Assembly (NCBI GenBank): GCA_022709525.1
Contig: JAKLIQ010000001.1
Span: 210,679 to 274,678, forward strand
Source of the DNA: Candidatus Omnitrophota bacterium
Lineage (GTDB): Bacteria > Omnitrophota > Omnitrophia > Omnitrophales > Aquincolibacteriaceae
Direction of reading: 5' to 3'
DNA length: 64,000 bases
Positions within the stretch are counted from its first letter, which is position 1, and each line of letters starts with the position of its first letter. Positions 48,377-60,473 of the stretch are shown one piece after another. Below the pieces are notes generated by a model. The model was not told the DNA's origin and ran no database searches. It saw nothing but the letters and a program-made list of their open reading frames with translations. The position numbers and the translations under genes were made by a program.

Positions 48377-48394
48377 AGATTTAGAGAAAAATAA

Positions 48395-48877
48395 ATGAAA
48401 TTCGAGCGTTTTGAAGATCTACCGGTCTGGAAAGACAGCGTTGAACTGGCAACCGCTATTTTTCGAATGACCCGGAGCCATCGATTTCGCGGGCTTGGAG
48501 ATATTTCGAACCAGATACAACGGGCGGGGCTTTCCATATCCAATAATATTGCGGAAGGATTCGAGCGCGGTACGACTCAGGAGCTACTCTCTTTTCTTTA
48601 TTACGCAAGGGGCTCGGCAGGAGAAGTGCGCTCCATCTTATCGGTCATGGAAAATCTCGAAAATCTCCATGATCTCAAATTTGAAATTTCAAATCTGAAA
48701 TCCGCCGCTGAAGCGGTTTCGCGCCAGATCCGAGGTTGGGCGGCGGCGTTACAGAATACACCCATTCGTGGGCAGCGGTATCTTGGCGAACAATCAAAAG
48801 CAGCATTCGATCAAGAAAAAAGCCGCAAAATGTTTAAGGAAACGCTCAAACGATATTATCAACCTCCGGTCTCTTAA
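48395..48877 (+). CDS. Four-helix-bundle protein of the 23S-rRNA-IVS family (second copy)
   Basis: 'ISNQIQRAGLSISNNIAEGFERGT'. Contains an internal copy of the palindrome, encoding 'DLKFEISNLKS'. Confidence 0.75.
   Translation: MKFERFEDLPVWKDSVELATAIFRMTRSHRFRGLGDISNQIQRAGLSISNNIAEGFERGTTQELLSFLYYARGSAGEVRSILSVMENLENLHDLKFEISNLKSAAEAVSRQIRGWAAALQNTPIRGQRYLGEQSKAAFDQEKSRKMFKETLKRYYQPPVS
48671..48702. repeat. Internal copy GATCTCAAATTTGAAATTTCAAATCTGAAATC of the palindromic motif, inside the coding sequence
   Basis: 17/17 identical to the copy at 48885-48901. Confidence 0.5.
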
Positions 48878-48884
48878 GATTTAA

Positions 48885-48908
48885 GATCTCAAATTTGAAA
48901 TTGCAAGG
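48885..48908. repeat. Downstream copy GATCTCAAATTTGAAATTGCAAGG of the palindromic motif
   Basis: Immediately after the stop codon. Confidence 0.5.
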
Positions 48909-48951
48909 CCGCAAATCGCTACGGCATAACATTTTCGGTTCGCTCCTTAGC

Positions 48952-48980
48952 TTGATTCGCCGTAGGGTTTTTGTTAGAAT
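48952..48980 (+). promoter_or_regulatory. Sigma70-type promoter TTGATT-N17-TAGAAT upstream of glyQS
   Basis: Hexamers read directly; ~60 nt before ATG 49038. Confidence 0.45.
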
Positions 48981-49037
48981 GCCGCCTCTTTAAAGAAGCG
49001 CCGATAACCCTCTTTCAGAGCCTTTCTAAGGAAAACG

Positions 49038-49925
49038 ATGCCTAAAGCTTTGACATTTCAGGAGTTAATACAAAAACTGAACGACTACTGGTCAAAGCAG
49101 GGGTGTCTTATCATGCAGCCCTATGACCTGGAGGTCGGCGCCGGCACTTTTTCCCCTCACACCTTCCTCCGCGCTCTTGGTCCCGAGCCATGGAATGCCG
49201 CTTATGTGGAGCCCTCCCGACGGCCTACGGACGGCCGCTACGGAGAAAATCCGCACAGAACCCAGCATTATTATCAATACCAGGTGATCCTGAAACCTTC
49301 GCCGGAAAATACCCAAGAGCTTTATCTCAACAGCCTCCGGGCGGTCGGCATCGACCCGCTTTCCCACGACATTCGATTCGTGGAAGATGACTGGGAATCT
49401 CCGACCTTGGGCGCATGGGGATTGGGCTGGGAAGTTTGGCTCGACAGCCTTGAGATCACGCAGTTCACTTATTTCCAGCAATGCGGTTCGATCGATCTGG
49501 AGGTTATTTCCTGCGAGATCACCTACGGCCTTGAGCGCATCGCCATGTTCCTGCAGCAGAAAGAATCCCTTTTTGATATCCAATGGAACAATCAGGTGAC
49601 CTACGGCGACGTTCATCTTCAGGGGGAAAAAGAATTCTCGAAATTCAATTTTGAAGGCTCCGACCCCGAGATTTACCGCCGTCATTTTGAAGATTATGAA
49701 AAACAAGCTACGCGGCTTCTTGAAAGCGGGATGGTCCTTCCGGCCTACGATTGCTGCCTGAAAACCTCGCATATCTTTAATCTTTTGGACGCGCGCGGCG
49801 CCGTGAGCGTCAACGAACGGCCCCGCTATGTCGCGCGGGTTCGCGCCCTGGCTCGCCGCTGCGCGGAAGGATACCTCGAAAGCCGCAAGGTGCAGAACTT
49901 TCCGCTTATCAGGAAAACGAAGTGA
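49038..49925 (+). CDS. glyQ: Glycine--tRNA ligase alpha subunit
   Basis: '[35 protein letters not shown]'. Confidence 0.9.
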   Translation: MPKALTFQELIQKLNDYWSKQGCLIMQPYDLEVGAGTFSPHTFLRALGPEPWNAAYVEPSRRPTDGRYGENPHRTQHYYQYQVILKPSPENTQELYLNSLRAVGIDPLSHDIRFVEDDWESPTLGAWGLGWEVWLDSLEITQFTYFQQCGSIDLEVISCEITYGLERIAMFLQQKESLFDIQWNNQVTYGDVHLQGEKEFSKFNFEGSDPEIYRRHFEDYEKQATRLLESGMVLPAYDCCLKTSHIFNLLDARGAVSVNERPRYVARVRALARRCAEGYLESRKVQNFPLIRKTK

Positions 49926-49928
49926 CTC

Positions 49929-52028
49929 ATGCCTAATTTACTCATCGAGATCGGAACCGAAGAACTGCCGGTCGGGAGTCTGGACGTTCTCTACCAGGAA
50001 TTGGAGTTTAAAACACGCCAGAAGCTCGTCGATGAAAGGGTTGCTTTCTCGGAAGTAAGAACGGAAGCCACGCCGCGTCGCATCGCGCTTTTTGTTCAGG
50101 GCATCGCTACCATGCAGCCGGACCGCACACTCGAGATCCCGGGGCCTTTGCAGGAAAAATGTTATGACGCGCAGGGCAAGCCGACGCAAACCCTTCAGGG
50201 CTTTCTGAAGAGCAAACAAGCCGCTGCAAAAGATATCGAGATCCGTGAAACGCCCAAAGGAAAATTTATTTTTCTGAAGAAAAAAGAAAAAGGCAAACCC
50301 GTCGCGGCGCTTTTGCCGGACCTCATCAAGGACATTCTCGCCTCGCTTTCTTTCCCGAAACTCATGCGCTGGGAATCCTCGGGTTTCCGTTTCCCGAGGC
50401 CCATCCGCTGGGTCGTTGCTTTGATGGACGTTAAAAAGGTCCCGCTCGCGCTTGCCGGCGTGAAATCCGGCAATAAAAGTTTTGGCCACCGTTTTCTCGC
50501 CCCGCAGGGTTTTTCGATCCCCCGGGCGGATTGGAAGGCCTACATCGCGCTTCTTAAAAAGAAACATGTACATCTTCCGCTTGAGGCCCGCGAGGCCATG
50601 GTCCGGAACGCTTTGAGGAGCCGCTTCGGGCAGAAAAAGATCGACGAAGAGCTCGTGCATATCAACGCGCATCTGGTCGAAGAGCCCTTTTTTCTGCAAG
50701 GGACTTTTTCCCAGGAATACCTTGAACTGCCCGCGGAAGTGCTCGCCAATTGCATGAAGAAAAATCAAAAAGTCTTCGCCTGTTATGACGCCAAAGGGCA
50801 GCTGAAGAATGGATTTGTCGCGGTCATGAACGGCAAGCGGAACAACCTCGCCAAGATCCGCGCGGATTACGAGAACGTCCTGGATTCGCGCCTGAAAGAC
50901 GCGCGCTATTTTTACGAGATGGACACGCGCGAATCTTTCGAAAAGAAAAAACCGGTCCTTGGCCAGCTGGTTTATCTCGGGAAGCTCGGCTCCATGCTGG
51001 ATAAAACGCACCGGCTTGAAAAAATGGCCTCTATTTTCACCGAGGCGGCGGGGCGTAAAGACCTGTCCCGGGACCTTGAGCGCGTCGCTTCGCTTTCCAA
51101 AGTCGATCTTGTAACGCATCTGGTCTATGAAATGCCGGAGTTGCAGGGGATCGTGGGAGGGGAATACGCCCGCGAGGCCGGCGAGAAAGAAGAGGTCGCT
51201 TCCGCCGTCAGCGTCCAGTATCTGCCGAAAAATCTCGGCGAAGATCACCACATCGTCAAACAATCGATGGACCTTCTCGGCGCTTTTTTCGGGATCATCG
51301 ACCGGCTGGACCTTTTAACCGGGGCTTTCGGTACCGGGATCGAACCTACGGGGAGTCAGGATCCTTTCGCGCTTCGCCGCGCGGGAGGTGTTGTGGTCAA
51401 GCTTGTCCGCGCGTTCGACATTCCGTTCTCTTTGGAAGCGGTTGTTGAAGCGAATATCAAGCTTTACGGCGATAAGCTGACGCAAAAGAATGATCTGAAA
51501 ACCAGGCTTTTCAAATTCCTGCAGGAGCGCGTTTCCTTCGAATTAGGCGTCAAGCCCGGCACAAGGCCTTATGAGATCCTGCAAGCCGTCATGCGTTCCT
51601 CCTTCGATGACCTGGCGGACGTGTACCGGAGATTTGAAATTTTGACCGCGATGGATGAGAAAACGTTGATCAAGGCGGCCAAAGTGATCCAGCGCACGGC
51701 CAATATGCTCAAAGGGTACGGCAAAACGCCGGGCGAGCCCAAACCGGAGCTTTTGATCGAATGGCAGGAGCGGAAACTTTTTGAGTTGATCCAGGACAAG
51801 TCCCAGGAGGTCGCCGGGCCGATCTCAAAGAAGGAATACGAAAAAGCGACCCAGTTTTTTGCCGAGATCTTCGCCGCTCCGCTGCATGATTTTTTTGACC
51901 ATGTCCTGGTCAATGCCGAAGACGCCGGCTTGAGGGAAAACCGGATGGCCATGGTCGCCAGGATCAACCGTCTTTATGCCGGAAAAGTCGCCGATCTTTC
52001 TCTGCTATCCAGAATCGATGAAGAGTGA
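49929..52028 (+). CDS. glyS: Glycine--tRNA ligase beta subunit
   Basis: 699 aa, immediately downstream of glyQ. Confidence 0.9.
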   Translation: MPNLLIEIGTEELPVGSLDVLYQELEFKTRQKLVDERVAFSEVRTEATPRRIALFVQGIATMQPDRTLEIPGPLQEKCYDAQGKPTQTLQGFLKSKQAAAKDIEIRETPKGKFIFLKKKEKGKPVAALLPDLIKDILASLSFPKLMRWESSGFRFPRPIRWVVALMDVKKVPLALAGVKSGNKSFGHRFLAPQGFSIPRADWKAYIALLKKKHVHLPLEAREAMVRNALRSRFGQKKIDEELVHINAHLVEEPFFLQGTFSQEYLELPAEVLANCMKKNQKVFACYDAKGQLKNGFVAVMNGKRNNLAKIRADYENVLDSRLKDARYFYEMDTRESFEKKKPVLGQLVYLGKLGSMLDKTHRLEKMASIFTEAAGRKDLSRDLERVASLSKVDLVTHLVYEMPELQGIVGGEYAREAGEKEEVASAVSVQYLPKNLGEDHHIVKQSMDLLGAFFGIIDRLDLLTGAFGTGIEPTGSQDPFALRRAGGVVVKLVRAFDIPFSLEAVVEANIKLYGDKLTQKNDLKTRLFKFLQERVSFELGVKPGTRPYEILQAVMRSSFDDLADVYRRFEILTAMDEKTLIKAAKVIQRTANMLKGYGKTPGEPKPELLIEWQERKLFELIQDKSQEVAGPISKKEYEKATQFFAEIFAAPLHDFFDHVLVNAEDAGLRENRMAMVARINRLYAGKVADLSLLSRIDEE

Positions 52029-52056
52029 TATAATCCCCCCTCTTCTAGACCTCTTT

Positions 52057-52137
52057 CAAGTACCGCTTGAAGATCAATTTATGGGTTAGCGGTACTTGCA
52101 CTGTGAACCCATAGAATTAACATAGACGCAGTGCAAG
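52057..52137 (+). promoter_or_regulatory. Structured 5' leader of ppdK with two mutually exclusive hairpins (52057-66/52089-98 and 52094-102/52129-37); -10 TATAAT at 52029-34
   Basis: Complementary 9-10-nt stems read directly; they share the 'cttg' segment. Confidence 0.3.
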
Positions 52138-52210
52138 ACCCCTGAAGGTCCTTCGAAGGAAAGCGTATTAACTGTGTCAGCCAAATCAACAAGGAGTTAA
52201 AGGAGCTACA

Positions 52211-54889
<2,679 letters not shown>

Positions 54890-54950
54890 GCCCGCGTTTT
54901 TTAGGAATTGATTCCGGCCCTGTTCCAACGGGGCCGGGAACCCGGATCCT

Positions 54951-56120
54951 ATGGCAGGCAAAAAAAATAAAAAAAAGAAGGTCCGTCCCCTCCGCGGGAC
55001 GAAACCGAAGCATTCCAAGAAAAAAACAGGACGGGGACGCTCCAGGCGTTCCCGTTCCGTTTCTCTTATCCCTAAATCCGCAAAATCCAAGAACCCTTCT
55101 TCCAAGAAACCCCTTAAGGCCAAAGACGAGATCGATGCTCTTTTGCGCCGCGATAAGGCCCTTCGGCGGGAAGCCGAGAGCGTCCTAAAGCTTGAAGGCG
55201 GCGCAGATCGCCGGGCGCGCGAACGCGAAGATGAGGAGCCCGACGCGCACGCTGATGACGCGATGGATCAAACGCTCGACCGCACGCCGATGCGGATCTA
55301 TCTTGACCAGATCGAACATATCCCGCTTCTTACACCCGAAGAAGAGATCTCATTAGCCGAAAAAGTTCAGTCGGGCGGCCATGACGCCGAAACGGCGCGC
55401 CATAAAATGATCCGTTCCAATCTCCGGCTGGTGATCGCGATCGCGAAACGTTATGCGCACATGGGTTTGGCCTTCTCGGACCTTGTCGAAGAGGGGAATA
55501 TCGGCCTGATGCGGGCCGTGGAAAAATTCGACCCGAAGCGCGGATACCGTTTTTCGACCTACGCCTCTTGGTGGATCAAGCAGGGCATGATGCGTTCTCT
55601 TTCCAACCAGGGAAAGACCATCCGCATTCCGGTCTATATGTATGACATTATTTCCAAGTGGCGGCGTGTGCGGGACGCGCTCACGCAGCGCCTGAACCGC
55701 ATGCCGACCCGCCGCGAGATCGCCAAGGTCCTCGAAGTTCCGGCCTCCAAGGTCAAGGAGATCGAAACGATCGTTAGCCGTCCGAGTTCGCTCAATACGC
55801 CGCTCAGCATTGACGGAACGGCGGAACTGATCGACGTCCTTGAAGACAATAAGGAACGGAATCCGGATGTTCTGGTCGGTGAAGCGCTTAAGAACGAACG
55901 GGTGCGGAAGATCCTGGAGACCCTTGACGACCGCGAGCGCGAGGTCATGACCCGCCGTTTCGGTTTGGACCATCATGATCCTCACACGCTCGAAGAGGTC
56001 GCGCAGCATTTCAAGGTCACACGGGAGCGCATTCGCCAGATCGAAGGCGTGGTCTTAAAAAAGATCCGCGCCCAGCTGACCCTGGAAGGCGATCAATTCA
56101 CGAATTATCTCGCGCATTAA
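54951..56120 (+). CDS. Sigma-70 family sigma factor (RpoD/RpoS-like regions 1.2-4), with possible Lys/Arg-rich N-terminal tail
   Basis: Region 2 'DLVEEGNIGLMRAVEKFDPKRGYRFSTYASWWIKQ'; region 4.2 'TLEEVAQHFKVTRERIRQIE'. Alternative start at the 'MDQTLDRTPMRIYLDQI' Met is possible. Confidence 0.8.
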   Translation: MAGKKNKKKKVRPLRGTKPKHSKKKTGRGRSRRSRSVSLIPKSAKSKNPSSKKPLKAKDEIDALLRRDKALRREAESVLKLEGGADRRAREREDEEPDAHADDAMDQTLDRTPMRIYLDQIEHIPLLTPEEEISLAEKVQSGGHDAETARHKMIRSNLRLVIAIAKRYAHMGLAFSDLVEEGNIGLMRAVEKFDPKRGYRFSTYASWWIKQGMMRSLSNQGKTIRIPVYMYDIISKWRRVRDALTQRLNRMPTRREIAKVLEVPASKVKEIETIVSRPSSLNTPLSIDGTAELIDVLEDNKERNPDVLVGEALKNERVRKILETLDDREREVMTRRFGLDHHDPHTLEEVAQHFKVTRERIRQIEGVVLKKIRAQLTLEGDQFTNYLAH

Positions 56121-56158
56121 GTCTTTTTAGCGCCGAAACACATTCAAAAGGAGCAAGT

Positions 56159-56680
56159 ATGAGCCTGAAATCCCTGGAAGCCAAAGTCCGGAGCATCCCC
56201 GATTTTCCAAAAAAAGGCGTTTTGTTTCGCGACATTACGCCGCTTCTTAAAGATGCCTGGTCGCTTAAGGAGATCATCGCGCGCCTGGCGGGATCTTTGA
56301 AAGGACGGAAGGTCAGCGCTGTCGTAGGGATCGAATCGCGCGGCTTTATTTTCGGGACCGCGCTGGCGACCAAGCTTGGGGTGGGATTTGTTCCGATCCG
56401 GAAAAAAGGGAAACTTCCCTGGAGGACGAAACGGATCGCTTGCACGCTTGAATACGGACAGGAGATCCTCGAGATCCACCAGGATGCCGTCAAACCGGGC
56501 GAGAAAGTCGTGATCGTTGACGATCTTCTTGCGACGGGCGGGACCGCGGCCGCCGCCGCCAAACTTGTGGAAAGCATCGGCGGCAAAGTGGTAAAGGCCG
56601 CTTTTGTGATCGAGCTCGGATTTTTAGGCGGGCGGGGGAAGCTAAAAAAATACGACGTATTCTCCCTGATAAAATATTAA
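56159..56680 (+). CDS. apt: Adenine phosphoribosyltransferase
   Basis: 'VVIVDDLLATGGTAAAAAKLVESIGGKVV'. Confidence 0.9.
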   Translation: MSLKSLEAKVRSIPDFPKKGVLFRDITPLLKDAWSLKEIIARLAGSLKGRKVSAVVGIESRGFIFGTALATKLGVGFVPIRKKGKLPWRTKRIACTLEYGQEILEIHQDAVKPGEKVVIVDDLLATGGTAAAAAKLVESIGGKVVKAAFVIELGFLGGRGKLKKYDVFSLIKY

Positions 56681-56683
56681 TAC

Positions 56684-56762
56684 AGGGCCAGAGACTAGAG
56701 ACCGGAGACTGGAGCAAAAACGCTTTGGGGTTTTGGTCTAGGGTCTGTAGTCTGTGGTCTGG
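56684..56762. repeat. Inverted AGACT/GGTCT-rich repeat pair (ccagagactagagaccggagactggag ... ggtctagggtctgtagtctgtggtctgg) upstream of tRNA-Arg
   Basis: GAGACT hexamer variant of the GGGACT repeat family. Confidence 0.4.
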
Positions 56763-56766
56763 AAAA

Positions 56767-56840
56767 GCCCCCATAGCTCAATTGGATAGAGCATCTCCTT
56801 CCTAAGGAGAGGGTTGCATGTTCGATTCATGCTGGGGGCA
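56767..56840 (+). tRNA. tRNA-Arg (anticodon CCT), followed by a T7 run
   Basis: Hand-folded: GCCCCCA acceptor, TCTCC/GGAGA anticodon stem with loop TTCCTAA, GCATG-TTCGATT-CATGC T-arm. Confidence 0.85.
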
Positions 56841-56857
56841 TTTTTTTGAGGTTCTTG

Positions 56858-57409
56858 ATGAATAGAACGTTTAAAAATCAAAAAATAAACTACTTCGCGG
56901 TCACTGCCTGCCTTTTTTTGTCTTTGTCCGGCGCGGCCTTCGCCCAAGAAACGGAGTTCATAGAAGACGCTCCCGTTCAGGATGAGGCATCCGCCCCGCA
57001 ATCGGAGCTGGAAAAAATGAAAAAAGAATGGGAAGCGGTCCGGGACCAGCAGATCCAGATGATCCGCGAAAAGGAAGATCAGCTTGAAAAGCTTAAAGAA
57101 GAGATCTTCGCTAAAATGAAAACTTCCGGCATTTCGGTCGCGCCGCCCGCGGAGGTAAAACCGGAATTTTCAAAAGCTTCCGAACCGATCCTGCCGATCG
57201 ATACGGCGGGAGCGGCGGGCCTTGCAGGCAGCGCCGAGCTTGAAGCCCAGCGGGAGGCCCTTCAGGCCGAACGCCAGAAATTCTTCGCCGAGATGAACCG
57301 CCAGAAAGAAAATCTGCTCCAATTCCAGGCCTCTCTGGATATTAAAGCCAAACAACTTGAGGCCGAACGCGAGCGGTTCGAAGAAGAAAAGAAAGCGGCC
57401 GCCGCGTAA
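56858..57409 (+). CDS. Secreted coiled-coil protein (E/K/Q-rich), unknown function
   Basis: Signal peptide 'FAVTACLFLSLSGAAFA'. The ORF-track TTG start at 56846 is less likely than ATG 56858. Confidence 0.45.
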   Translation: MNRTFKNQKINYFAVTACLFLSLSGAAFAQETEFIEDAPVQDEASAPQSELEKMKKEWEAVRDQQIQMIREKEDQLEKLKEEIFAKMKTSGISVAPPAEVKPEFSKASEPILPIDTAGAAGLAGSAELEAQREALQAERQKFFAEMNRQKENLLQFQASLDIKAKQLEAERERFEEEKKAAAA

Positions 57410-57443
57410 GATTTGCGGCTCTCCGAAAGGGGCTCTCCGATCT

Positions 57444-57986
57444 ATGTCCGCCAAAAATTCCTTCAGAAGGATGGTCCTCGAAAAAAGGAAAAATATCCCG
57501 GCCGTTTCGAGGCGCGCCAAGAGCAAAAAGATCTTCAAGCGTTTGATCCAAACCTCTGTTTTCCAAAGGTCCGCTCACATCGCCTTTTACTGCGGGATCA
57601 CGCCCGAGGTATCCACGCAATCGTTCCTTAAGGCCGCTCTCAAAGATAAAAAGATCTATCTTCCCAGGGTCCAGTTAAGAAAAAAGCGCCTGCAATTCCA
57701 TCGCGTGCGTTCCCTCGGGGATCTCCGGCGGGGGCCTTATGGTATCCTGGAGCCGAAACCTTCTTGCGCCGCGATCCCGGCGAAGCGCCTCGAACTGATC
57801 ATCGTGCCGGGAGTCGCATTTGACAGAAAGGGCGGGCGTCTGGGCCGCGGCGCCGGGTATTACGACCGTTTTCTGAAAAAAGCCAAGCAGGCGGTCAAGG
57901 TTGGCCTCTGTTTTCGGGAACAGATCGTCAAAAAGATCCCGATGAAGCATCACGACGTTCGGATGGATCGGATTATTACAGATTAA
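57444..57986 (+). CDS. 5-formyltetrahydrofolate cyclo-ligase (MTHFS)
   Basis: 'VPGVAFDRKGGRLGRGAGYYDRFL'. RBS GAAAGGGG before ATG 57444. Confidence 0.8.
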   Translation: MSAKNSFRRMVLEKRKNIPAVSRRAKSKKIFKRLIQTSVFQRSAHIAFYCGITPEVSTQSFLKAALKDKKIYLPRVQLRKKRLQFHRVRSLGDLRRGPYGILEPKPSCAAIPAKRLELIIVPGVAFDRKGGRLGRGAGYYDRFLKKAKQAVKVGLCFREQIVKKIPMKHHDVRMDRIITD

Positions 57987-57990
57987 AAAA

Positions 57991-58046
57991 CGGGACTCGG
58001 GACTCGTAAACGAAGAACCAAAACAAGTCCCGAGCTACGAGTCTCT
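57991..58046. repeat. Intergenic REP-like element (CGGGACTCGGGACTCG ... CAAGTCCCGAGCTACGAGTCTC)
   Basis: Same GGGACT family; lies between the MTHFS stop and the xseA start. Confidence 0.55.
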
Positions 58047-58055
58047 TTAAGCTAA

Positions 58056-59312
58056 GTGAAAACAAAAATGAGAATACAGGAAGAAAATCTTCTCAAAGGG
58101 TCGGAGAGTCGGAAAATTTATACGGTCAGCCAGCTCAACCGCCAGGCCCGTATGCTTTTGGAATCAAGATTTCCCACGGTATGGGTGGAAGGGGAGATCT
58201 CGAATTTCAAGCGGCACACTTCGGGCCACATTTATCTGACGCTCAAGGATGAGGCGTCGCAGATCCAGGCGGCTTTTTTCAACCAGTATCATCGCGGGCT
58301 CAAATTTGAATTGAAGGACGGGCTCAAAGTCCTCGCGTTCTGCCGCGTTTCCATTTATGAGGCGCGGGGGCAGTACCAGCTTTACGTCGAACGCATCGAA
58401 CCTCAAGGCGTGGGCGCGCTCCAGCTCGCGTTCCAGCAATTAAAAGAACGTTTGGAAAAGGAAGGGCTTTTTCTTCAAGAAAGAAAACGCCCGATCCCCC
58501 CGTTCCCGAAAATAGTCGGCGTGATCACGTCGCCCACGGGGGCTGCGATCCATGATATCTTAAACGTCGTGAACCGCCGTTTTTGCGGGACACACATCCA
58601 GCTTTATCCCGCGAAAGTCCAGGGCGAGGGCGCGGCTGATGAGATCGCGGCCGCCCTCCGGGTCATGAATGAGCGCTCGGAGGCTGAAGTTCTGATCGTC
58701 GGGCGCGGCGGCGGGAGCTTGGAAGATCTTTGGGCTTTTAATGAGGAGGCGGTCGCCCGCGCAGTCTTTGCATCCCGGATCCCGGTCATCTCGGCGGTAG
58801 GGCACGAGACCGACTGGACGATCTGCGATCTTGTTGCGGATCTCCGGGCGCCGACACCATCCGCCGCGGCGGAACTTGTCGTTTCAAGCCGCCTGGAGCT
58901 GGAAGCGCGGCTTCAGCGATCCGGGGAGAGGATCCAATTTGCGGCAAATAACATGCTTGAAAATTTCCGGTCCAGGCTTGAAAATTTGATCTCCAGCGCC
59001 GGATTCAAAGAACCACAGTATCTTTTGGAGCAATTCCTCTCAAGAGTTGACGAGGCGGGGCGCCATATGGAGGAACGCTTTAAAAATTTTATGAATTCCA
59101 AAGAGCAGATCTTTCAGGGCCTGACGGGCCGGTTAAACGCGCTCAGTCCCCTTGCTATTCTAGAGCGGGGTTATTCTGTTAGTTTTGATGAGCATGGGAA
59201 GATCGTTAAAAAAACCGGACAAGTGTCGGTCGGGAGCTCCATGCGGACCCGTTTCCGGAAAGGTTCGGTGCTTTCAAAGATCACCGCTATTCAAGAAGAT
59301 GAGGAGATATAA
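58056..59312 (+). CDS. xseA: Exodeoxyribonuclease VII large subunit
   Basis: OB-fold N-terminus 'IYTVSQLNRQARMLLESRFPTVWVEGEISNFKRHTSGHIYLTLKD'. GTG 58056 or ATG 58068. Confidence 0.85.
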   Translation: MKTKMRIQEENLLKGSESRKIYTVSQLNRQARMLLESRFPTVWVEGEISNFKRHTSGHIYLTLKDEASQIQAAFFNQYHRGLKFELKDGLKVLAFCRVSIYEARGQYQLYVERIEPQGVGALQLAFQQLKERLEKEGLFLQERKRPIPPFPKIVGVITSPTGAAIHDILNVVNRRFCGTHIQLYPAKVQGEGAADEIAAALRVMNERSEAEVLIVGRGGGSLEDLWAFNEEAVARAVFASRIPVISAVGHETDWTICDLVADLRAPTPSAAAELVVSSRLELEARLQRSGERIQFAANNMLENFRSRLENLISSAGFKEPQYLLEQFLSRVDEAGRHMEERFKNFMNSKEQIFQGLTGRLNALSPLAILERGYSVSFDEHGKIVKKTGQVSVGSSMRTRFRKGSVLSKITAIQEDEEI

Positions 59313-59606
59313 ATGACCGAGAAGAGAGAAAAATTTCAATTTGAAAAGGCGTTAGAGATCCTTGAAAAGATCGTCGAATCCATGGAAAGCGGGGAGCTCA
59401 CGCTCGATCAGGCGCTTCAAAAATACGAAGAAGGCGTCGGGCTTGTGCGGGCGTGTCAGACCCAGCTCAACGAGGCAGAAAAAAAGATCGAGATCCTGAC
59501 CAAAACCTTGGACGGTGCGCTCCGGAAAGAACCCTTCGATCCGGAAGATCCCTCTCGCGGGGCCAGGAAGGGCAAAAGGAAAAAAGATCCCGAGGATGAG
59601 GCATAA
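59313..59606 (+). CDS. xseB: Exodeoxyribonuclease VII small subunit
   Basis: 'FEKALEILEKIVESMESGELTLDQALQKYEEGVGLVRACQ'. Confidence 0.85.
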   Translation: MTEKREKFQFEKALEILEKIVESMESGELTLDQALQKYEEGVGLVRACQTQLNEAEKKIEILTKTLDGALRKEPFDPEDPSRGARKGKRKKDPEDEA

Positions 59607-59609
59607 AAC

Positions 59610-60449
59610 ATGACTTACCGTCGGCTTTTCAAGAATTCCCTGGCGCTTATCGAAAAAGGATTGCGGGATCTTCTGCGCGCGCAGCGGACGCCGCCCTTGA
59701 GCATCCATCGCGCGATGGAATACGCCGTTTTTTCCGGAGCCAAAAGGTTCCGGCCGGTCCTTGCCTTAAGCGCCTGCGAGGCGTGCGGCGGTGACCCTCG
59801 CAGAGCCCTTCCGGCGGCCCTGGCGATCGAGCTCATTCATACTTATTCACTCGTCCATGACGATCTTCCCGCTTTGGATAATGACGCCTTAAGGCGCGGC
59901 AAGCCGACCTGTCATAAGAAATTCGGGGAAACGAACGCGATCCTTGCGGGGGACGCGCTGTTGACGCTCGCGTTCGAATTATTGGCAAAGATCAAGCCCG
60001 CCGAACGCGCGGTCCGGCTTCTCCGGGAAATATCGACGGCTGCCGGAACGCATGGTATGATCGGAGGCCAAGTCGCGGACCTGGAGATCCCGGCCCGTAA
60101 AAAGACCGTCGCTTTACACCGTTTTATCAGCGAGCGGAAAACGGGAGCGCTTATTCGCGTGAGCGCGGCTGCGGGAGCGATCGCGGCCGGCGCCACAACG
60201 CGTCAATTTCGCTCGATCGTCCGTTACGGCGAATATCTCGGCCATGCGTTCCAAGTTGTGGATGATATCCTGGACCGGGACGGTTATTGCGAGGCGATGA
60301 GCGTTCCGGCCGCCATCAAAAAAGCGGAACATCTCATCGGACAGGCAAAAAAAGAACTCCGTATTTTCAGCCGGAACGCGCAGCCGCTCTTTTTCTTGGC
60401 CGATTTTTTAAAAGCAAGAATACCCTTGCGAACCCTTTCAACCTCGTAG
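59610..60449 (+). CDS. ispA: (2E,6E)-farnesyl diphosphate synthase / geranyltranstransferase
   Basis: First DDxxD 'LVHDDLPALDND'; second 'FQVVDDILD'. Confidence 0.85.
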   Translation: MTYRRLFKNSLALIEKGLRDLLRAQRTPPLSIHRAMEYAVFSGAKRFRPVLALSACEACGGDPRRALPAALAIELIHTYSLVHDDLPALDNDALRRGKPTCHKKFGETNAILAGDALLTLAFELLAKIKPAERAVRLLREISTAAGTHGMIGGQVADLEIPARKKTVALHRFISERKTGALIRVSAAAGAIAAGATTRQFRSIVRYGEYLGHAFQVVDDILDRDGYCEAMSVPAAIKKAEHLIGQAKKELRIFSRNAQPLFFLADFLKARIPLRTLSTS

Positions 60450-60473
60450 CTTGAAATGGTCTAAGGATCATTT

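Noticed and set aside
56846-56857. TTG start at 56846 for the secreted coiled-coil protein
   Set aside because: It would start inside the T-run terminator of tRNA-Arg. ATG 56858 gives a normal signal peptide.
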